From Candidatus Aenigmatarchaeota archaeon (lineage in GTDB: Archaea > Aenigmatarchaeota > Aenigmatarchaeia > Aenigmatarchaeales > JACQIB01), in contig JAWABM010000003.1 of NCBI GenBank assembly GCA_038999215.1, forward strand, positions 1 through 46,169: a stretch of DNA of 46,169 nt. Reading direction: 5' to 3'. A model generated the notes under the pieces. That model saw only the letters and a program-made list of their open reading frames with translations. It made no database searches and was not told where the DNA came from. Below are positions 18,098 to 27,094 of the stretch, in pieces (the stretch's first letter is position 1; each line of letters opens with the position of its first letter). A program made the position numbers and the translations under genes.

Positions 18098-18601
18098 TCA
18101 TTCCACCTTTACGTTGAGGTTCTTCTCCGCCCATTCCCTTGCTTCCTCGGGCCTTATCCTGTGCTCCGCCCCGACCGGCGCGCCGTTCCTTTTCCTGAGC
18201 ACCCTGTATCCTCTCCTTTCGAGCCTGACGCACACGTCCATCCCGTATATTCCTATTTCCGGCTCGTACCTTATGCCTGGTATGGAGATGTGCTCCTTGA
18301 TTCCGAATGAAAAGTCGCCCTGACTGTCGAACACCGATGCCGGAAGCTTGAAGTCAATCGCGTCCAGCACCCTCTTCAGGAATTCCATCGCATCCTTGCC
18401 CCTCAGGGTTATCTTGCAGCCTATCGGCCTGCCTTTGGCTACCCCGAACGTGGTCCTCTTGGTCGTCGAGGTCTCGACTATCTTCTTGCCCGTGAGCTTC
18501 TCGAGCACTTTCTTCGCCTTGTCGAGCTTCTCCCCTCCCGTGCCGCAGCCTATGTTGACCACGACTTTCTCCACCCTGATTTCGCGCATTTTGTTCGTCA
18601 T
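18098..18601 (-). CDS. rpl5: 50S ribosomal protein uL5
   Basis: [35 protein letters not shown]. Confidence 0.98.
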   Translation of the reverse strand: MTNKMREIRVEKVVVNIGCGTGGEKLDKAKKVLEKLTGKKIVETSTTKRTTFGVAKGRPIGCKITLRGKDAMEFLKRVLDAIDFKLPASVFDSQGDFSFGIKEHISIPGIRYEPEIGIYGMDVCVRLERRGYRVLRKRNGAPVGAEHRIRPEEAREWAEKNLNVKVE

Positions 18602-18605
18602 GTCA

Positions 18606-19277
18606 TCACGCCGTCCTTATCAGCGGCTCCTCTTTCCCGACCGCCACCACCAGTTTCAGGGGAGTTTCAGTCTTTTCACCCCCTATCTCCAGCCACGCCC
18701 TCTTCAGCAGCCCCTTCTCGACCTTCTCCAGCTTGGCTATCCTTCCGCTGTGCTTTCCGGATATCACCATCACGGTTGCTCCTGGCTCGAACTTGACAGA
18801 GCCGATTATCTCCTGGCTCGGCACCTTTATCAGCAGCGAGTCGTTCACCGAGTAGTTTCCGCTCTTGACAATGATGTTTCTTCCATCGTGCAGGTTGAGC
18901 TGGGTCCTTCCGCCGCGGAGCGTCTTCTTGCCGGCTATTTTGCATATCTTCCTGTCAGCTTCCTTGCCCTCTATCTCGACCAGCCTCATCTTCACGCCGG
19001 GAAGCATCCTGTAGTTCTTGCCTGCCACGCTCAGTGTGTCGAACAGCCCAACGCCCTGCCTCACGTTCCTTACCTTCTTTCCGTCAAGCAGCACATTGCC
19101 CCCGTTTATTATCTGCCTGGCCTCCCTGGCGCTGTCCCCGAGCTTCAGAACGTCCCTTATTATGACAAGCAGCGGCATGCTTTCGTCCCTCTTGTGGCTG
19201 CCGCGGGGCTTCATTATGAACTTCTTTTCTTTCTTCTCCATCGCCCATGCGGTGGCCACCCTCTTCAATCTTGTCAT
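18606..19277 (-). CDS. rps4e: 30S ribosomal protein eS4
   Basis: RLKR, PLLVIIRDVLK, QLNLHDGRN, GKHSG. Confidence 0.96.
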   Translation of the reverse strand: MTRLKRVATAWAMEKKEKKFIMKPRGSHKRDESMPLLVIIRDVLKLGDSAREARQIINGGNVLLDGKKVRNVRQGVGLFDTLSVAGKNYRMLPGVKMRLVEIEGKEADRKICKIAGKKTLRGGRTQLNLHDGRNIIVKSGNYSVNDSLLIKVPSQEIIGSVKFEPGATVMVISGKHSGRIAKLEKVEKGLLKRAWLEIGGEKTETPLKLVVAVGKEEPLIRTA

Positions 19278-19278
19278 C

Positions 19279-19638
19279 TCACTTCACCCTTGTCAGTATC
19301 CTCTGCCTCTTCTTGTCGGCCATGTCGGCCTTGATTATCATCAGGTTCGAGGCGTGCAGCGGTATCTGCACTTCCTCGCCGGAGACCTTCTTCCTCTTCA
19401 CGCTGTCGACGTATACCTTCCCTGCCCTGAGATCAACAGCCGTGACCTTCCCCGTCATCATCTTGTTGTCCCCCCTCATCACCTTTACCTCGTCGCCCTT
19501 CCTTATGCAGAGGCTCCTCCTCTTCATGTCTTTCGAAAGCCCGTCGCTCAGCCTTGCGAACAGCCTTTTCCTCAGCACGTGCATCTTCGCTTGGTGCACG
19601 GCCTTCCTCTGCTTCGAGGGTTTCTTTGTTACCATCAT
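19279..19638 (-). CDS. rpl24: 50S ribosomal protein uL24
   Basis: KPSKQRK, IRKGDEVKVMRG, PLHASNL. Confidence 0.96.
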   Translation of the reverse strand: MMVTKKPSKQRKAVHQAKMHVLRKRLFARLSDGLSKDMKRRSLCIRKGDEVKVMRGDNKMMTGKVTAVDLRAGKVYVDSVKRKKVSGEEVQIPLHASNLMIIKADMADKKRQRILTRVK

Positions 19639-20033
19639 ACCACCATCGTCGATATCTTGGCTATGCCCGAAAAGCGCTCTACCGCCTCCTTGGCAACAGG
19701 ACCTTTGACTCTTGTACCTTTGACATCGCCCTTCTCGTTCACCAGCACGCATGCGTTGTCCTCGAAGGACACGCGCATGCCGTTCATCCTCCTGTATTCC
19801 TTCCTCTGCCTGACTATCACGGCGTCCACGACCTCGTGCCTTATCTTGGGGTCGCCTTTCTTCACGGCGACCGATACCAGGTCCGCCACCCCTGCCATCG
19901 GCTTCCTTCTCTTGACTCCCTTGTATTTCTTGACCGCTATAATTTCCACTATGTCAGCGCCTGTGTTGTCTATGCACCTTAGTCTGCTTCCCACCTGCAG
20001 GCATCTTGTCACCGAGGCCGATACGGCTTTCAT
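19635..20033 (-). CDS. rpl14: 50S ribosomal protein uL14
   Basis: CIDNTGA, AVIVRQRKEYRR, FEDNACV, KGPVAKE. Confidence 0.98.
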   Translation of the reverse strand: MKAVSASVTRCLQVGSRLRCIDNTGADIVEIIAVKKYKGVKRRKPMAGVADLVSVAVKKGDPKIRHEVVDAVIVRQRKEYRRMNGMRVSFEDNACVLVNEKGDVKGTRVKGPVAKEAVERFSGIAKISTMVV

Positions 20034-20389
20034 CTGATTACCTCCACGACGGCGAACGACTTGGTCTTGCTGAGCGGCCTGCATTCCACTGCCTTAACGA
20101 TGCTGCCGGCCTTTGCTCCGACGCACTCAGGGTTGTAGGCCGCAACCCTCCCCTTCCTCCTTTCGTACCTCTCGTATTTGGGCACGTACTGCACAAAGCT
20201 CCACTCGATTATCGCGGTCTTCGCGGCCTTCGCGCTGATAACGGTGCCGCTTATGACTTTGCCCCTGAGCGAGAGCGAGCCGTGCCACGGGCATTTCGGG
20301 TCGCTGCAGTGCTTCTGGGGCGCATTCGCCTCTATTCCTATGTTTCTCTGCTTCCTCTCGCTGAGCTTCTTCTTTGATAGCGTCATCAT
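20030..20389 (-). CDS. rps17: 30S ribosomal protein uS17
   Basis: CSDPKCPWHG, VPKYERYERR, ECRPLSKTK. Confidence 0.97.
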   Translation of the reverse strand: MMTLSKKKLSERKQRNIGIEANAPQKHCSDPKCPWHGSLSLRGKVISGTVISAKAAKTAIIEWSFVQYVPKYERYERRKGRVAAYNPECVGAKAGSIVKAVECRPLSKTKSFAVVEVIR

Positions 20390-20670
20390 CACCACTTCCT
20401 TATCCTTATCTTTATCCTGTCCTCGGGCCTCTTCTCTATTATCCTGCCATCGACCCTGACCTTTGTTCTGTCGGGCAGCGTGAAAATGAACTCCGCCGAG
20501 CGCTTCGCCACCTTCTTCACGCCCTTCTGCGTCTTCACTGCGAGCATTCTCTTGGTCTCATCCACGACTTTCCCGCTCGTTCCGGCAAGCGACGCGTTCG
20601 TGCTGCGGCCGACCTTGACGCCGAGCCCTATCAACTCGTGCCTCACGAGGTTTTTAGGCGTTATCATCAT
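20389..20670 (-). CDS. rnp1: RNase P protein Rpp29
   Basis: ITPKNLVRHELIGL, GKVVDETK, RPEDRIK. Confidence 0.95.
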   Translation of the reverse strand: MMITPKNLVRHELIGLGVKVGRSTNASLAGTSGKVVDETKRMLAVKTQKGVKKVAKRSAEFIFTLPDRTKVRVDGRIIEKRPEDRIKIRIRKW

Positions 20671-20963
20671 TCCACCTCTATCTTCTCCGCGGGGAAGCCG
20701 TACCTGATCAGCAGACCCTTCACCTTTTCCTTGTGGTTTCCCTGGAGCTCTATCTTGCCTTCCTTGAAGGTCCCTCCGCAAGCCAGCTGCGATTTCAGCT
20801 TCTTCGCGATATCCTTTGAGTCCTTTTCCACTCCCTCCACGATTGTCACCCATTTTCCGTACGATCTCTTCACGCTGTAAACCTTTATCTTGGCTTCCTC
20901 CTTCGCCATCTTGCCGCAGACGCACAGCTCTTTCGGCAGCCCGCAGACCTTGCATACTGTCAG
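20667..20963 (-). CDS. sui1: Translation initiation factor aIF1/SUI1 (apparent CUG start, 98 aa)
   Basis: Conserved N-terminal CKVCGLPKELCVC lies upstream of the first ATG (20909); LKSQLACGGT, IELQGNH. Confidence 0.93.
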   Translation of the reverse strand: MTVCKVCGLPKELCVCGKMAKEEAKIKVYSVKRSYGKWVTIVEGVEKDSKDIAKKLKSQLACGGTFKEGKIELQGNHKEKVKGLLIRYGFPAEKIEVE

Positions 20964-21166
20964 CGCTTTCCACCTCTTTTCTTGAGCTCGGTGATTATCT
21001 TCGCTATCGTCCTCCTTGTCTCCTTCACCTTGCCCGTGTTGCTCGGCGAACCGCCGACCGCAGACTGCGCCCTCTCCTTGGCCAGCCCGATCCTGAGCTC
21101 GGACATCCTCTTCATGAGGTCCTCCTCGCTGAGCTCGTGCAGCTGTCTATTCCTTATTATCGCCAC
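20960..21166 (-). CDS. rpl29: 50S ribosomal protein uL29
   Basis: GGSPSNTGKVKETRRTIAKIIT; GTG start. Confidence 0.95.
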   Translation of the reverse strand: MAIIRNRQLHELSEEDLMKRMSELRIGLAKERAQSAVGGSPSNTGKVKETRRTIAKIITELKKRGGKR

Positions 21167-21935
21167 TTTCCTCCGCCTCCTCTATTTCAACGTAATCCTC
21201 TTCCTTTGCGCCGTCCGCATTATCCGCCCCTTCCACGGATCCTTCTGGCTTGCCATCTTTCCCGGGCTCCGTTTCCTTGGCCGTGTCCGCTGCCATATCC
21301 CTCCTTACCTTCACCGTCTTCATGACCTCGGGCGCGGCTGCCAGCTCCTTTTCCACCTTTCTCATGGCCTCTATGTCCTTCGGTATCTCGCTGAGTATCC
21401 TGACCTGTATGCCTATGTGCCCGAGCTTCACCTGCGCCGTCGCATAGGCCTTCCTCATCTTCTCCGCGGGCTCGCCCGTGAACTTCAGGTAGCCGGCCGA
21501 GAACTTCTCGGTTCTTCCTATCTCGCCGCCGAGCTTGCCGCTTATCCTTATCGCGACGCCAAGCGCGCCTGCCTGCATTATCCTGGTGAGCGCGAGGTTG
21601 ACGACCCTCTTGTAGTTCAGGCCGCGCTCTATCGCTGCCGCTATCTGCTTGGAAATTATGCTTGCGTCCAGGTCCGGGTTCTCGACCTCCTGCACGTCCA
21701 GTTGCGGGTTCTCTATGCCGAACTTTTCCTTGAGCGCCTGCGTCATCGCCTCTATGGTCTTTCCTCCGCGGCCTATCACCATTCCTGGCTTCTGTGCGAA
21801 GACCGTTATCCTCATGGACAGCGGCGTCCGCTGTATGTCGCTATGGCTATAGCCAGCGCGCGCGAACTCTTTCGAAAGGAACTCGTCCACCTGCAGCAGC
21901 CTGAGGTTCTCTTTTATGAATTTCTTCTCTATCAT
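21147..21935 (-). CDS. rps3: 30S ribosomal protein uS3 with acidic C-terminal extension
   Basis: ARAGY, PGMVIGRGG, ISGKL, KLGHIGIQV. Confidence 0.97.
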   Translation of the reverse strand: MIEKKFIKENLRLLQVDEFLSKEFARAGYSHSDIQRTPLSMRITVFAQKPGMVIGRGGKTIEAMTQALKEKFGIENPQLDVQEVENPDLDASIISKQIAAAIERGLNYKRVVNLALTRIMQAGALGVAIRISGKLGGEIGRTEKFSAGYLKFTGEPAEKMRKAYATAQVKLGHIGIQVRILSEIPKDIEAMRKVEKELAAAPEVMKTVKVRRDMAADTAKETEPGKDGKPEGSVEGADNADGAKEEDYVEIEEAEESGDNKE

Positions 21936-22345
21936 TTCTTCTCCGCCCCTGCCGCTTTCTTTGCCGCCGGCCTCAGTATCGCGTGGATGTGCGTGGACTT
22001 CATGTGATAGCCGTACATTCTCTTGGTCCTGCTCCTCATCATGTTCGTGCCCTGGTGAGCCGATATCAGCAGCGTCATTTTGGCCGGCTCTATGCTCCTG
22101 GCCTTTGCGTTGAACTCCAGCGATTCGAGCAGCCTGCCTATCTCCTCCGCGGTGGCGGTGTGATACCTGCCCCTTATGCTCTCCTTGCCCTCGGCTATCG
22201 CGGCAACGAGCTTTTTGGCCGCGCCGAACTCCATCCTGTTCAGCTTTCTGCAGACTATCGTCGCCGCCTTGGTCGACACGCTTGCCGTGGTCCTTGCGCA
22301 GACCATGTCCTTTGTTATCGGCATCGTGTAATCCATAGTTATCAC
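21932..22345 (-). CDS. rpl22: 50S ribosomal protein uL22 (divergent, short)
   Basis: Position rps19-rpl22-rps3; [19 protein letters not shown]. Confidence 0.88.
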   Translation of the reverse strand: MITMDYTMPITKDMVCARTTASVSTKAATIVCRKLNRMEFGAAKKLVAAIAEGKESIRGRYHTATAEEIGRLLESLEFNAKARSIEPAKMTLLISAHQGTNMMRSRTKRMYGYHMKSTHIHAILRPAAKKAAGAEKK

Positions 22346-22725
22346 TTCAGCGGCAGGAACTTGCTCGATCTTGTCGCGCCCACGCCAGGTGCGCTGTGCT
22401 GCACCTTCTTCCTTGTCAGCGCGAACTCGCCCAATCTGCGTCCGAGCATCTCCATCCTTATCTCTACTTCATCCCATTCCTTTCCGTTGTATATCGCCAC
22501 TTTCTTACCGACCATCTCGGGTATGATTGTCATGTCCCTGCAGTGCGTCCTTATGACGCCCTTCTTCGATGTTCTTATTGCCTCAAGGAACCTCTTCTGC
22601 GCGGCCGTGAAGCCCCTCTTCAGGCTTCTTCTTTCTCTCGATCTCACGAGCTTTGCGAAGTCCTCGAGGCTCATCTTCTGCAGTTCCTCGAGCGTCCTCC
22701 CCTTGTACGTGAACACTTTCGCCAT
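22342..22725 (-). CDS. rps19: 30S ribosomal protein uS19
   Basis: [30 protein letters not shown]. Confidence 0.98.
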   Translation of the reverse strand: MAKVFTYKGRTLEELQKMSLEDFAKLVRSRERRSLKRGFTAAQKRFLEAIRTSKKGVIRTHCRDMTIIPEMVGKKVAIYNGKEWDEVEIRMEMLGRRLGEFALTRKKVQHSAPGVGATRSSKFLPLK

Positions 22726-22729
22726 GACA

Positions 22730-23422
22730 TCACTTCTTCTTCCTTCCGGTTCTCCTTGATGATATCGAGCCGACCTTGGCTCCCGGGGGCAGGCCTCTGG
22801 ACTTGCTCTTCGGCTGTCCGGGCTTTGTGCGCCCTCCGAACGGGTGGTCGACTGGGTTGCACTTGACAGGCGATGACCTCGGATAGAGCTTGTTCTTGGC
22901 CCTGTACTTGTAGAAGTTCTGCCCTGCTTTCACGAACGGCTTCTCGCCCCTCCCTCCGCCAGCCGGTATGCCGACAATCGCTCTGCACGCGGGCTTGAAC
23001 TCCTTGAATCCCTTCGAGGGCATCTGGATTATTACTTTTCCGGGCTCGTTCGATACTATCATGGCGTGCGTGCCGGCGGCACAGCAGAGTTGCGGTCCCT
23101 TGCCCGGTATGTTTTCCATCGCGAACACGTAAGATCCTTTGGGTATCGAGCCGAGCGGCATGACATTGCCGGCCTCCGCCACTTTTCCGACCTCGAGCAC
23201 CTTCCCGACCCTCAGCCCTTCGGCTGCCACTGTCAGGATTTCTTTTCCGCTCTCGAGCCTCAGCTTTGCGAGCGGCGTGTTCCTGCAGGCATCATGGACT
23301 ATGTCGACCACCGTGGCCCTGCCTTCTGTCGGAAACTCTATCGGTCCCTCGAACCTATGGCCAGGGCTCCTGTAGACCGGCCCGCCCTTCCCTCTCGCCC
23401 TTATGATTATCCTTTTTCCCAT
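22730..23422 (-). CDS. rpl2: 50S ribosomal protein uL2
   Basis: [42 protein letters not shown]. Confidence 0.98.
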   Translation of the reverse strand: MGKRIIIRARGKGGPVYRSPGHRFEGPIEFPTEGRATVVDIVHDACRNTPLAKLRLESGKEILTVAAEGLRVGKVLEVGKVAEAGNVMPLGSIPKGSYVFAMENIPGKGPQLCCAAGTHAMIVSNEPGKVIIQMPSKGFKEFKPACRAIVGIPAGGGRGEKPFVKAGQNFYKYRAKNKLYPRSSPVKCNPVDHPFGGRTKPGQPKSKSRGLPPGAKVGSISSRRTGRKKK

Positions 23423-23565
23423 CAACAATCCCCTTTCTTCAGGCCTGCCATGCGCCTTATCATGCCTTCGCTGTATCCGAAGCTCCTCGCCTTGTATATC
23501 GTTTTCTCCGCCTCATCACACACCTGCTTGGCCGCTTCCATCTCCCTCAGGTTGTTGTCAATCAT
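23422..23565 (-). CDS. Small hypothetical protein (47 aa) between rpl23 and rpl2
   Basis: MIDNNLREMEAAKQVCDEAEKTIYKARSFGYSEGMIRRMAGLKKGDC; ATGA overlap with the rpl23 stop and TGATG overlap with the rpl2 start. Confidence 0.7.
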   Translation of the reverse strand: MIDNNLREMEAAKQVCDEAEKTIYKARSFGYSEGMIRRMAGLKKGDC

Positions 23566-23846
23566 AACATGCCGAACCTCGTTGCGATATCAGCGGCATT
23601 GAAGCCCTTGGCCAGCTTGACAATCGCTCTCTTCCTTCCGTCCGTGTCTATCGCCGTGTTGACGTCCTCGACCTTGACCTCTAAGACTTTCTCGGCAGCC
23701 CATTTTATCTGCTTCTTCGTCGCTTTCCTCGAAACAACGAACATGAGCTTGTTCTCCTTTTCGACCATGCCTATCGCCTTCTCTGTGAGCATCGGATGCG
23801 TCAGTATGCTCCACGGGTCCACTGTTGCCGTTTTCTTTTCAGCCAT
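23562..23846 (-). CDS. rpl23: 50S ribosomal protein uL23
   Basis: PMLTEKA, ENKLMFVV, VNT, KRAIVKL. Confidence 0.97.
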   Translation of the reverse strand: MAEKKTATVDPWSILTHPMLTEKAIGMVEKENKLMFVVSRKATKKQIKWAAEKVLEVKVEDVNTAIDTDGRKRAIVKLAKGFNAADIATRFGML

Positions 23847-24630
23847 ACTTCTCGCCCAGGTAATTTATAGCCGACTCTGTCCAGATTGTCAGGCGCCCGC
23901 CTTCGCATCCGGGCGCCAGCAGCCCGATGTTCAAGTTCCTGACGTTGCATACGTCCGCGCCGTTAAGGTTTGACGCAGCCCTGCCTATTCCCTTGTCGCT
24001 GCTGACAACGAAGAGGAAGGACGTCTTGGTTCTGTATTTCCTTCCCCTCATCTTGCCGCGGCCCGGCCGCACTTTCTTCTCTTTCGCCCTTTCCAGTTCT
24101 GCATGCATTTTCATCGCGGCCAACACGGCCTCGAGCTCGCCCGTTTTCTTCAGCGATTCTATTTCATCCTTGAAAATGATTGGAAGCTCTATGCCCTCGG
24201 GCACGGCGTGCCTCCTCCTCACCATGTCCGAAGCCGTGGCCGCTATAGCGCACTTCAGCGCAGCAACGGCCTCTTTCTTATTTATCTTCTGCTCCCATAT
24301 CTTCTCCGCCTTGGGCGGGTGACAGCGCCTTCCGCTCCTTGCGCCCGGAGAAAAGCGGGCCCTCATTTCCTGGCCGGGCGAGGCATTGTGATTCCTCTGC
24401 ATCCTGGCCATCTCCCTGTTCATCATAGTGTACCTGCTGTGTCTCATGCCGTGGTAGTGGGCCGATGTCCTCTTTCCAGCCCACCAGTCCGTTCCGTACG
24501 CCTGCCTTGCAGCAGACTGTAGTGCGAGCGCGGCCCTGCGCACAAGGTCCCGCCTGTAAGCCGTTGAGAACACCTTGGGCAGCTTCGCCTCTCCGACCGC
24601 GCTTCCATGAACATCATAGATTTTTGCCAT
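23839..24630 (-). CDS. rpl4: 50S ribosomal protein uL4
   Basis: AGKRTSA, GRRCHPPK, GKMRGRKY, LLAPG, GRLTIW; ATG 24630. Confidence 0.97.
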   Translation of the reverse strand: MAKIYDVHGSAVGEAKLPKVFSTAYRRDLVRRAALALQSAARQAYGTDWWAGKRTSAHYHGMRHSRYTMMNREMARMQRNHNASPGQEMRARFSPGARSGRRCHPPKAEKIWEQKINKKEAVAALKCAIAATASDMVRRRHAVPEGIELPIIFKDEIESLKKTGELEAVLAAMKMHAELERAKEKKVRPGRGKMRGRKYRTKTSFLFVVSSDKGIGRAASNLNGADVCNVRNLNIGLLAPGCEGGRLTIWTESAINYLGEKYG

Positions 24631-24631
24631 T

Positions 24632-25603
24632 TCATACACCCTGCTTGCTTTCCAGCGAAACATATCTCAGATCAACCGGGAACCTGGTTTTCCTCGGCCT
24701 TATCGGGTGCCTGAGCATTATGAGCTGCTTCGTTGGACCGGGCACACTTCCCTCGAGCAAGAGCGCGTCGCCTCCGAGATTCCCGTACCTCAGGAAGCCC
24801 CCCTTCATCTTCACGTCCCCGCCCTTTCCTATTTTCAGTATCCTCTTGTTCAGTTCGCACCGCGAGAAGAATCCCAGCTGGCCGGCCGCAGGCACAGTAT
24901 GCCTGGTCTTCGCGGGCTCGTCCTGGCCGAGCGGCGCAATCTTCCTGTGCATGTGCTCGTGCTTCCTTCCCTGTATCCTTGCTCCGAACCTCTTTATCAC
25001 TCCCTCGAAGCCTTTCCCCTTCGTGACGCCGAGTACGTCGGCGTGGTCGCTCTCCTTGAACACGTCCGAAGCCTTGAGCTCCTTGCCCAGGTGCTCCTTT
25101 GCTGCTTTGAGCTGCGCCTCCACGCTCCCGCCGAGGCCCACCTCGAGCACGGCCGGCTTCTTCTTGAACGACGGGTTGGTGTGGCAGAGCAGCTTTATCT
25201 CGGATATTTTTGCTTTCTGCTCCTCTATTTTCTTGAGATTATCGTTGCGCTTCTTCGGCATGATTATCTTCCTGCCGAGCCTCTTGTCGAGCTTTTCCGC
25301 AAGGACATCGGAAAGGACTTTTTTGCCAGAGGTTGTGGAAGAATAAGCGCGGAAGCCGAACACGGATATCGGCGGGCAGTCGATTACGGTCACGGCCTTT
25401 GCTATCGCCTGCCCTTTGAGCTTTGAGACGGGGTTGGTCTCTGTCACGAGGGCATGCGTCATGCCCGCCTTGTACCCCGCGAAGCCCAGAGGCTTCGCCT
25501 CGCTGGCCTTGGGCCAGCTCTTCACACGGGGATACTCGCGTCTGGCCCTTTTTCGCGGGAAGAAGCCCATGCTTCCCCTTCTCGGTCTCCTTACCATCGG
25601 CAT
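24632..25603 (-). CDS. rpl3: 50S ribosomal protein uL3
   Basis: RPRRGSMGFFPRKRA, GYKAGMTH, TKGKGFEGVIKR, GSVPGP. Confidence 0.98.
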   Translation of the reverse strand: MPMVRRPRRGSMGFFPRKRARREYPRVKSWPKASEAKPLGFAGYKAGMTHALVTETNPVSKLKGQAIAKAVTVIDCPPISVFGFRAYSSTTSGKKVLSDVLAEKLDKRLGRKIIMPKKRNDNLKKIEEQKAKISEIKLLCHTNPSFKKKPAVLEVGLGGSVEAQLKAAKEHLGKELKASDVFKESDHADVLGVTKGKGFEGVIKRFGARIQGRKHEHMHRKIAPLGQDEPAKTRHTVPAAGQLGFFSRCELNKRILKIGKGGDVKMKGGFLRYGNLGGDALLLEGSVPGPTKQLIMLRHPIRPRKTRFPVDLRYVSLESKQGV

Positions 25604-25728
25604 CGTATCACTTTCTTATAGGCTGTTTTTAGCCTTTTTAAGCCTTTTGCCTGAGAACACGCGCACAGAGGCCGTTCAAAACCCCTGCTCTGGTACGAAA
25701 CTTTCCATTCCCTATTGCCTTTTCAAGC

Positions 25729-25736
25729 TATTTAAA
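25729..25736 (-). promoter_or_regulatory. TATA box of the rpl3 operon
   Basis: TTTAAATA on the minus strand, the same motif seen before tuf, rps10 and rps12. Confidence 0.6.
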
Positions 25737-25744
25737 GGTTCTTA

Positions 25745-27094
25745 TCACATGAAGTCGTCCAGACAGCAGCCCTTCCTGTCGAATTCGTCCAGTTTGGTGC
25801 CTCTCGTTGTCCCTATTTGTATCCCCCTGTTCTCAGAAGGCCCTCCTTTGAGGCCTGTCACTGCTTCGACGTCAAGATTGAGTATCCTTTCGAGCGCCGG
25901 ACCTGCCATATTATAGAAATAGAATTCCCTGTCCACTTTGCTGAAGTCCATTTTCGGGTCAGCCATCAGCCTGAACCTCGTGTTTCCGCTGACGAACTCC
26001 CTCCTCTCCGAAGGGCTCGTTTCGGCCCTGTTTTCAAGCTGCAGGCAGCCTGCGACATATATGCCGAGTTCCCTGAATTTCGGCTTCTTCATGACGCCCT
26101 CCGCCACGAGCCTGTCCAAAGCGAAGCCTGCGGCCTTCCTTATGTTGGTGTCCGCCCTGTCCATGTCGCCGTAGGTCTCGCTTTCCCTCGTAAGGACCGT
26201 GCAGACTATGAAATCCTCGCCTTTCATCTGCTCCACGCTCCTGCGGGCATCAAGCACGTAAGCTTTACTTGCCTCGGTCTTCGGTTCGGCCTCACTGAAC
26301 CTCAGCATCAGCGCCCCGTCTATTATGTCGTTTATCTTCCAGGGCCACAGTTTCGTCGTTGTCTTTATGCCGGCTGTGAACACGCTCCCGTTCCAAAGGT
26401 AGGCATAGCTCTTGCTGTCCAGGCCAAGAACCTTCATCTTGCTGTAAATCGTTTCGCCCACGTATTCCGGCCACTCCTCCCTTAACCCGTCCATGTCCTC
26501 GGCAAACACCTTGGTTAGCTCGAATATGTTCGCATCCGCCTTATCGACGAATTTCGCCCACTCCTTTTTCAGCAGCTCGTGCTCGGCCTTTGCCACGTAC
26601 TTGACGAACCAGTTGGTCGAGGGCGATGGTGTTCTCAGCAGCCTCGCTGTCGCGTTCCTCGCTTCAGTCGGGCACTCCTCGAGATAGCGCTTGAATATTC
26701 CGTCCTCCTCGAAGCAGAACCAGACTTTGTCCCTGTAAATGCCCTTCGTGTCTTTGTCCTTTATCTCTATATCTATCGTGGACCGTTCTGCGCAACTGCT
26801 GTGATGGCACTTGAACGTGCCGGGCGATATGTTGTATTTCCTTACGGTTGCCGGCTCGATGTATAGCTGCGCAACATCGACCTCGTACTGCCCTAGCTTC
26901 TTGACGTATCTGAAATTCTTCGTGTCCTGTGATGGGCTCAGGCTGTCCTTTGAAAAGCATTCTTGATCCTTGAACGAGTTCGGCACCCCCGGTATGACGT
27001 TGTTTTTCAGGCACCATCTATTGAAAAGTTTCGCGGCCAGAACCGTGTCAGGGCTGTTCTCGATGAACCTCGGCGGAAGGTATATCTCTGCCAT
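25745..27094 (-). CDS. Highly diverged family-B DNA polymerase, palm/thumb half with truncated fingers
   Basis: By-eye colinearity with archaeal PolB: DVAQLY...YNISPGT (motif A), WFCFEEDGIF, VFAEDMDG (motif C), SKSYAY...TAGI, VDREFYFYNMAGPALERIL; C-terminal LDDF. Confidence 0.78.
   Translation of the reverse strand: MAEIYLPPRFIENSPDTVLAAKLFNRWCLKNNVIPGVPNSFKDQECFSKDSLSPSQDTKNFRYVKKLGQYEVDVAQLYIEPATVRKYNISPGTFKCHHSSCAERSTIDIEIKDKDTKGIYRDKVWFCFEEDGIFKRYLEECPTEARNATARLLRTPSPSTNWFVKYVAKAEHELLKKEWAKFVDKADANIFELTKVFAEDMDGLREEWPEYVGETIYSKMKVLGLDSKSYAYLWNGSVFTAGIKTTTKLWPWKINDIIDGALMLRFSEAEPKTEASKAYVLDARRSVEQMKGEDFIVCTVLTRESETYGDMDRADTNIRKAAGFALDRLVAEGVMKKPKFRELGIYVAGCLQLENRAETSPSERREFVSGNTRFRLMADPKMDFSKVDREFYFYNMAGPALERILNLDVEAVTGLKGGPSENRGIQIGTTRGTKLDEFDRKGCCLDDFM

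Noticed and set aside
20671-20973. Long N-terminal extension of Rpp29 (194-aa ORF), and similar extensions tracked for rps9, rps8, rpl19e and rpl24
   Set aside because: Open-frame run-ons across upstream genes; conserved starts with SD motifs or stop/start overlaps lie downstream
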